Source: Vicugna vicugna
Taxonomy: Eukaryota
Assembly: GCA_013265495.1 (NCBI GenBank)
Contig: MU058449.1
Span: 792,176-848,632 of the forward strand
Direction of reading: 5' to 3'
Length of the DNA: 56,457 bases
A model generated the notes under the pieces. The model worked only from the letters and a program-made list of their open reading frames with translations. It searched no databases and was not told where the DNA came from. Made by a program: the position numbers and the translations under genes. Positions 48,209 through 56,457 of this stretch are shown here, piece by piece; the stretch's first letter is position 1; every line of letters starts with the position of its first letter.

Positions 48209-49323
48209 GATCAGAGTCACAATTATGGAATGTTCCAGGAGAATAGAGAATTTGATAATGGAAGGGAGAGGGAGGGAGAAGTGGATGTGAAGAACTCTTT
48301 ACCCCTTATTGTGCCATAGAGCACTAAGTACTTACAGGTAAAGTTCTACATTGGTCCCAAATCCTGACTACTGTAAACTTTTAAGGTATTTATTTAGGGG
48401 CTTATTCATTACTTTCTTGCCCTGATGTATCATCCACTGATGCAATAGTTGTTATTTGTTACTGGATTATTTTGTTAGGCAGTGTGAGGACTAAACACTA
48501 TGTCTCAGTGTGCTAGGTTCTAGAAATGCACAAAGGAAAAAGATATCACACAAACCACAGAAAGTTCACAATCAATTGGGGAAATCATAGACAGCTAATC
48601 AGACATGCTCCTATTCATGAGATAGGTACTCTGATACTAGACTCCTTGTGAAAGCAAGGAAAAGAGTAGCTGAAGGGGAGATGTATCATGCAGGTGGTGA
48701 GAAGCACCCCGAATAGGGATAATTCTCTTAGCAGAACAAAGCAGGAAGATTAAGATGACTTCCTCAGGATGCTGAAGGCATCTGAATCAAAACTGTGAAA
48801 ATCTTCGTGAGGCACTTGAGAAGTTCCTTATCATGACGTTGGATTAGACGAGCAACCATTCTGGTACATGCAAGTTTACCTGTGAACCAGACCTTAGTTC
48901 CTGAGCTCCTTAGCTCTATTCTGTGCCTCCATAAGAAAAACTCTCTGTGCCACTCCTGCCTATTGGGATGTCGCACCACCTTCAAGAGTTACTTGGGGTA
49001 TGTGCTTGTTCTTTAAAACTTCACAAATACAGAAAGCATTACATCTCTTGTGTTACTGTGTTTTATTTTGTACAACTAAGATAGTAACTTAATTTTACTT
49101 TCTTTAGTTGTGCATGTCTATATTGTCTTTTCTGATTAAGATCTCATTTAGAGAACAAACTTCATCTTTTATATATAACATAGCTCACAGCACCTTCTGA
49201 ACTGAATGTGATCAAGAAGGTGCCAAAGTGCTAATGATATCAAAGAAAATCTTTGAATGTGATCTGCATTTTTTTTCCCCGTCTCTGCACATAGATGGTG
49301 GAGTCCTAGTGGTTTTATCAGAC

Positions 49324-50268
49324 ATGGCTGCCTTAAACCACACTGGTGTTAGCCACACAGTCTTCTACTTACTGGGCATCCCTGGTCTAGAGGATCAGCA
49401 TATGTGGATTTCCATCCCATTCTTCATTTCCTATACCATCGCCCTGCTTGGGAACAGTCTGCTTATCAGCATTATCCTCACGAAGCGCAGCCTCCACGAG
49501 CCCATGTACCTCTTCCTCTGCATGCTGGCCGGAGCAGACCTTGTCCTCTCCACGTGCACAGTACCTCAGACCCTGGCCATCTTCTGGTTCTGTGCTGGGG
49601 AGATCTCTCTTGATCGTTGCATTACTCAGGTATTCTTCCTCTCCTCCACCTTCATCTCTGAGTCAGGGATCTTGCTGGTGATGGCGTTTGACCGCTACAT
49701 TGCCATATGCTACCCAGTGAGATACATCACTATTCTTACACATGCACTGATCGGGAAAATTGGTGTGACTATCTTTTTGACAAGTTATGGTACAATTTTG
49801 CCCATAGTATTTCCTCTGAAGAGACTAACTTTCTGCCAGAGTAACATCCTCCCAAACACGGCTTGTAAGCACATTGTTTTGGCTCATGTTTCCTGTGATG
49901 ATATACACGTAAACATTTGGTATGTTTTTTCTGTCCTAATGTCAACTTTGGTCATAGATGTTGTACTAATTTTTATTTCTTATGTGCTGATTCTCCGTGC
50001 TATCTTCTGCATTCCAACCCAAGATGCTCACCACAAGGCTCTCAACACATGTGGTGCCCATATCTGTGTCATCATCCTTTTCTATGCACCTGGCATCTTT
50101 TCAGTCCTCACTCAGAGATTTGGACATCATATCTCACCCCATATCCATGTCCTGCTGGCCAATGTCTATATTCTGGCTCCACCTATGCTGAATCCCATAA
50201 TTTATGGGGTCAAGACCAAACAGATAAGGGACCAGGTGGTTCGTGTGTTCTTTAGAAAGCAGAAATAA
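49324..50268 (+). CDS. OR52B4: Olfactory receptor, class I, OR52B4-like (314 aa, intact ORF)
   Basis: ATG at 49324 (MAALNHTGVSHTVFYLLGIPGLEDQHMW…); LHEPMYLFL, MAFDRYIAICYP, KALNTCGAH, QRFG, PPMLNPIIYG…KQK*. May be a paralog rather than the true orthologue. Confidence 0.88.
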   Translation: MAALNHTGVSHTVFYLLGIPGLEDQHMWISIPFFISYTIALLGNSLLISIILTKRSLHEPMYLFLCMLAGADLVLSTCTVPQTLAIFWFCAGEISLDRCITQVFFLSSTFISESGILLVMAFDRYIAICYPVRYITILTHALIGKIGVTIFLTSYGTILPIVFPLKRLTFCQSNILPNTACKHIVLAHVSCDDIHVNIWYVFSVLMSTLVIDVVLIFISYVLILRAIFCIPTQDAHHKALNTCGAHICVIILFYAPGIFSVLTQRFGHHISPHIHVLLANVYILAPPMLNPIIYGVKTKQIRDQVVRVFFRKQK

Positions 50269-52404
50269 ATGTGATGATGGAAACTAACATTGTACTTTCT
50301 CAGTAATTCTCTCTGTGAGCTTTAGCACCAGTCTGCTATTCAGTTTTTTTTTCTTGATCACTGATTATAAAGTTTTTCTTCTTTTTATGTCTAGTACTTT
50401 TTAGTTTTATACTTACTATGCTAATAAAAAATCTGTAGAGGCTACGGACAGTGTTATCCTCTATCAGAAGTGTTTGTTTTTTCTATCTTCTGTTACATAG
50501 ATACGGTGAGCAGCTGTTCACTTCACTCCAGTGAAACTTTGGCCTGAGTCAAGGCCAGGTTTCAGTTTTAGTCACACTCAATCTTTGTCTTCTATGCTCT
50601 TATTTCTAGGACAGAAGTATTCAGAGATTTAAACTAAGATCCTGAAAGACCCTTTTCTCCTCAGTCTTAGAAACTGCGGAAGATTCAGTTCTTCCTATGA
50701 GAGATCTCTTAACTTGGCCTGTTAGACTCAACTCTGCAGCTTCAGAAGATGAAAAATGACAGAAATGAGAGGTTAGAATATAGTCTAGTCAGCCTTCTCA
50801 CACTGGTTGGTTTTTCTGTCTCAGGAGTCACAGGAATTCAGGAGATGTCTTACTGCTTTTTAAATCTCTTGGTTTAGTTCCCAGCACCTATACAGCCACG
50901 ATACTCAGCAAATGTCCCGTAGTTAAAAACAGCTATGCATTTGAGGCCTCCAGGTTTTGAAATTTTTACTGCAGTGCTGTATGGCTGCTAAAAGCTCTGC
51001 TGGCTTCTCTTTCCCCCAGGAGAAACTCCCTCCCCAGGACAAGATTGATCCTTGCCTTAGCCCACTTCCAGAATCACCAAATAGCTGCTGGGGCAAGAAG
51101 TGGTTGGCAGCTTTCTTTTGGATGGTTCTCCAGGCTCTTGAAGTTTTATTTATCTTGTGTCTGTTACTTTCCTAGCTCTCTGATGGCTTAATATATGATT
51201 TTTGCAATTTATTTATTTTTTTCTATTTGCCACAATGGAAACATTATCATGTTGTGTCCTAGTATATCATACCCAAAACAAAAATTTTAGAGACTAATTA
51301 ACGCTTGCCTTGAGAGCATAAAAGTAACAAACCAATAACATTTTGACTGAAGAGAACAAATTTGTATGTCCTTGGGTCAATAAGATCTATTATTTCTACA
51401 CTTTTCCTCTGAATACAAAAAAAAAATGTCAGAAGCCTTTTTCATTATACTTGGAGATTCATTTAATTTTGAATTTTAAAGATTTCCCAACTTGTGTTCA
51501 TCTATATAATGCAAAATGATGTCTTTTTTTTTTCTTTTTTTTTTTTTTTTGAGTCTTACCTGAATTGATAATATACACAAAATAAATGAACCAGCTTACC
51601 TTGGTGTTTTTAAAGATTATACTCCTGAACCTAATAAATGTTGACTCAGCTTTCTGTTTTTCTCTTGTGGTACAGAATTTCCATTATACCAACAAGACAG
51701 AAGCATTACTTAGTTTCCTAATTATCTTGTATGGTGTGCTTCTGACAGCTGCACATTTTTCTCCCAAAACACAATCATAATTTTAAAGAATATCAGGAAT
51801 TTCCAGACTCTTTTCACTCCACCAGTTCAGTCACAGTGAATCCAGTCATTCCTGTGATTTTTGCTAAGTCCCTGCAACTGCAACCAGTTACTCAGTGCTT
51901 CTCTTGAAGGGACCGTGGTGGCACATCACCCTACGCTCTGCATTGCATGGCCTTGTTACATGGGCAGTAATGGTGCAATTTGTGTGTTTAAGTTGTCCAT
52001 GGTCATTTTTATCTCTTTATTTCTTTCAACCTTTACATGGTGTTTGAAAATGGCTCACAGTTCTGACCCTGAACTGTCTACTCTGCTTCCATGGCATCAA
52101 TTTCCACCTACACCTGCCCAGTGATTTTCCAAATCTTCAAATTTTACACTTTGCATTTGGACCTACCATACTGGTCTCCTTTTTATATCACCTATTTTAT
52201 CTCCTACCTCAGCTCCACAACTACCTTGCTGCAACCCTTTCTTTCCTTTTAACTCTTCAATCTCATTATAGGTTTAGGCCCTTTGAACTTTCTTTTTCCT
52301 GTGCCCAAAATTCTCTCTCTGCCTGTTTTTTCTGTAGCTTTCTATTTATATAAGTCTCAGCCAACTATTCTCTTCTCAGTGAAAACTTCTTTAACCATCC
52401 AATG

Positions 52405-52955
52405 TTTTTTATTGAAGTATAATCGGTTTACAATGTTGTGTTAATTTCTGGTATCAGCATAGTGATTCAGTTATACATATGCATATATGTATTCCTTTTC
52501 ATATTCTTTTTCATTATAAGCTATGACAAGGTTATTGAATACAGTTCCCTGTGCCATACAGTAGGGCCTTGTTTATCTATTTTATATGTATATAGTAGTT
52601 AGTATCTGCAAACCCTGAACTCCCAACTTATCCCTCCACCCCCAACCCTGATTCCCCCAGGTAACCATGTCTGAGTTTGTTTTCTGTGTCGGAGTCCATT
52701 TTTGTTTTGTAAGTAAGTTCATTTGTGTCATTTTTTTTAGATTCCGTATATGTGGTGATATACGATATTTTCCTTTCTCTTTCTGGCTTACTTCACTTAG
52801 TATGACCATCTCCAGGTCCATCTATGTTGCTGCAAGTAGTATTATTTTATTCTTTTTATGGCTAAGCAGTATTCCTCTCTCTCTCTCACTATATATATAT
52901 AATCTATATATAAACTATATATATATAATCTCACAACTTCTTTATCTAATCATTT
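52405..52955 (-). mobile_element. LINE-1 3' end
   Basis: Minus ORF MDLEMVILSEVSQKEKGKY; antisense L1 3' UTR starting TTTTTTATTGAAGTATA. Confidence 0.9.
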
Positions 52956-54209
52956 CTCTGATCATCTAATTTTAGTTGCATATACCTAAGTAGGAAATTA
53001 TAGATTTTCAAATCAAAATTCTTAAAGTAACTTCATCAAATGAGAACATGGACAGCTTAGCCAGCCATTCTCAACTCAGACAGCTGAATCCTAAAGCAAG
53101 ATTCAAGAACTTATTTTGATCTTTTTTATAGATAACCCTTGCTTAGAGCTCAACAAAACACTGATTTTTCCCCAAACCAGTTTATACCGTAAATCCTGTA
53201 ATAACTCTGCATTTTCATTTGTTTGATAAGACACTGTACTGTCTCTCTGGTCTCCCTACTTGCAATGTGTCAAAAAACAAACAAACAAACAAACAAAAAA
53301 CCCTGAATTTGTTGGACTACAAGCTTGTCCTTGAGGGTCATAGGCTGACGGGGCTGAGATGGTCTCATTAACCTCTAATACCCTGCCTTACTCAGGATTG
53401 TACCCATGTTGAATTTTTTTGACAGCTAAGCATTGCTGAGGGCACTTGTGTACTTTTAGCTATTGGACGAAGGTAACCATTTTTGCAGAAATAAAAACAT
53501 GTAAAAATTTCTGCTTGCTAAAAAATCTGTGATTTAAACTATAATTTAGTTCACACTGACATCTTAATTTAAGAAATTTTCATTTAATTATTTTCAGTAG
53601 AGTTGAAAAACATAACCCTAGTATTTATAACATATATTTTCTTAATACTTTGTACACATTCAACCTGGCCAGAAGCATGTTAAATGTAAATAATAATTTT
53701 TCAAGATCCTATTCCATATTGAAAACAAAACAAAACAAAAGCATAAACAAAAGTTTATGTATAGTTATGTTTATGACAACTTTCTTGATACTGGCAATCA
53801 TTTGAAAATAATTATTCAACAAGAATCTACTAGTTAACTAACATAGAAGTTTTTAAATATATTGTTTACATGAAGGTATATTAGGCAATAATCAAGTTTA
53901 CATATGAAGTAATTTTATGTGAAAGGAAATGCATGTTATGTAACATCAAATTAAAATATGACGTACAAATATTACACAATGTAGTAATATATAAAAATAT
54001 GGTTAAATGACAAAATATTTTCTAATAGTTAACAGTTATGTTTTATGAGTACAATTATTGGTAATTATATCTATTGTGTTTTATTTTTAAAAATCAATAT
54101 TGGTGAAATAGTAAATATAAAAATTTTAAATCTAAAATAAATTGAAGAAAAAAAGGAAAGGATTTACCTTAGAATCAGTAAATCTTGAAGTTAAAAAGAA
54201 AGGGGATAA

Positions 54210-55160
54210 ATTATAGCAATGTTTTCCCAGGTCAGCCTAGCAAGACAATAGAAATAAAAGCAAAAATAAACAAATGGGACCTAATTAAACTTACAAGCTT
54301 TCACTCAACAAAAGCAACCATAAACAAAATGAAAAGACAACCTACAAAGCAGGAGAAAATAATTGCAAATGAGGAGACTGACAAGGGCTTAATTTCCAGA
54401 ATACACACACAGCTCATACAACTCAATAGCAAAAAAACAAACAACTCAATCAAAAAATGGGCAGAAAACCTAACAAACATTTCTCCAGTGAAGACATATA
54501 GATAGCTAGCAGGCACGTGAAAAGATCCTCAGTGTTGCTAATTATTAGAAAAATGCAAGTGAAAACTGCAATGAGGTATCATCTGATACCAGTAGAATGA
54601 CCATCATTAAAAAGTTCACAAATGATAAATACTGGAGAGTGTGCAGAGAAGAGGGGACCCTCCTACACTGTTGGTGGGAATGTATTTTCCTGCAGCCATT
54701 ATGGGAAATAGTATGGAGATTCCTTTAAAAATTAAAAGTAGACTTACCCTGTGATCCAGCAATCCCACTCCTGGGAATGTATCTGGAGGAAACTCTAATT
54801 CAAAAAGATATATGCACCCCAATGTTCATAGCAGCACAATTTTCAATAGCCAGGCCATGGAAGCAACCTAAATGTCCATCAACAGATGATAGGAAAGAGA
54901 AGTTACGGTGTATATATATACGCGATGAAATACCACTCAGCCATAAAAAAGAATGAAAGAATGCCATTTGCAGGAACATGGATGGACCCAGAGATTGTCA
55001 TATTAAATGAAGTAAGCCAGAAAGACAAAGAAAAATACCATATGATATCACTAAGATGTGGAATCTAGAAAAATGACACAAACTTGTTTACAAAACAAAA
55101 AGTGACTCACAGACATAGAAAACAAACTTATGATTACCAAAGTGGAAAGGATGGGGAAGG
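54210..55160 (+). mobile_element. LINE-1 ORF2 C-terminus/3' UTR fragment
   Basis: KAKINKWDLIKLTSF…KMKRQPT…; MPFAGTWMDPEIVILNEVSQ. Confidence 0.92.
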
Positions 55161-55166
55161 ATAAGT

Positions 55167-56158
55167 TAATATATAAACAGCTCATACAACTTAAAAAAAC
55201 AAAAACCCAATCCAAAAATGAGCAGAAGACCTAAAGAAGATATTCTCCACTGAAGACATACAAATGGCCAATAGGCACATGAAAAAATGCTCAATATCAC
55301 TAATTAGCAGAAAAATGCAAATCAAAACTACAATGAGATATCACCTTACACCAGTCAGAATGGCCATCATTCAAAAGTCCATGAACAATAAATGCTGGAG
55401 AGGGTGTGGAGAAAAGGGAACCCTCCTACACTGCTGGTGGGAATGTAATTTGGTGCAGCCATTATGGAAAACTGGAGATTCCTCAAAAAACTAAAAATAG
55501 ATATACCATATGACCAGCAATTCTACTCCTGGGCATATATCCAGAGAGAACTTTAATTTTAAAACATACAGGCACCTCTGTTCAGAGCAGCACTATTTAC
55601 AGTAGCCAAGACATGGAAATGACCCATGCCCATCGACAGATGACTGGATGAAGAAGTTGTGGTATATACATATAATGGAATACTGCTCAACCATAAGAAA
55701 TAATAAAATAATGCCATTTGCAGCAACATGGATGGAACTGGAGGTTGTCATTCTAAGTGGTTTAAGCCAGAAATAGAAAGAAAACTACCATATGATATCA
55801 CTTATATGTGGAATCTAAAAAAAATGATATAAATGAACTTACTTACAAAAGAGAAACACATTCACATAGAGAACTAACTTATGGATACCAGGAAGGAAAA
55901 GGGAGTAGTAAGGGATAGATTGGGGGTTCAAGATTTGCAGATACTAACTACTATATATGAAATAGATAAACAAATTTCTACTGTATAGCATGAGGAATTA
56001 TATTCAATATGTTATAGTAACCTATACTGAAAAAGAATATGAAAAGGAATATATGTATGTATCTGTATGACTGAAACATTATGCTGTGCACCAGGAATTA
56101 ACATAACATTATAAGCTGACTATACTTAAAATTTTTTAAATGGTTAAAAAAAATTAAA
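55167..56158 (+). mobile_element. Second LINE-1 3' end with A-rich tail, head-to-tail with the previous one
   Basis: [36 protein letters not shown]…[18 protein letters not shown]; complete 3' UTR ending TGGTTAAAAAAAATTAAA. Confidence 0.92.
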
Positions 56159-56457
56159 GTCACATGAGAAAAAGGGGATGAGAAGTGAATTTTCATCCTT
56201 GGAAATACAGAATCATCCACTGTAAGCAAGTACAGAGACCAAGTTTGGGCACACGGTAGTACTGAGTGTCCACACGTCTCCATCCCAGCTATTTGTCTGT
56301 GTCTCCTGATCTTCCCTCACCTACATGCACCTTCTCATTTTTCCCCTTATCCACTAGCCAGCCAGTAACTGAGAATTTGAGAGGGGAGATTAAATAGAAA
56401 ATTCAGGAAGCAGACACTAGAGGGAGAGGAGATTAGGATGAAAAGGAAAGAAGGTTG

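Noticed and set aside
49228..49323. 32-aa N-terminal extension of the OR52B4-like protein
   Set aside because: The track starts at GTG, the stretch contains a polypyrimidine tract and AG acceptor (~49270-49294), and homology with the paralog begins at ATG 49324

Overview
Mammalian genomic DNA from the class I olfactory receptor/TRIM cluster (syntenic with human 11p15.4). The L1 3' ends and the absence of recognisable ruminant, pig or cetacean SINEs suggest a cetartiodactyl, probably a camelid (inference). Gene order: (1) TRIM68 on +, with a CpG-island promoter, a non-coding exon 1 and six coding exons (485 aa), one intron using a GC donor; (2) an intact OR52I-type receptor on -; (3) an intact, intronless 194-aa SSU72-like RNA Pol II CTD phosphatase retrogene on +; (4) a frameshifted OR52B4-like pseudogene; (5) an intact but divergent OR52B4-like gene. 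The rest is L1, LTR, MLT, MER and MIR repeats. The most interesting structure is the SSU72-like locus. It is the last of three decayed ~1-kb tandem units; the middle unit holds a start-less 5' SSU72 fragment. A DUX double-homeodomain-type 11-mer sits at the homologous position in all three units, with four clustered in 190 bp at 28237-28426. The CDS is CpG-rich, and solo LTRs of several families, most with intact TSDs, surround the locus. Together this suggests a DUX/zygotic-genome-activation-induced paralog of the CTD phosphatase. Repeat family names and human orthologue comparisons are from recall, not from database searches.
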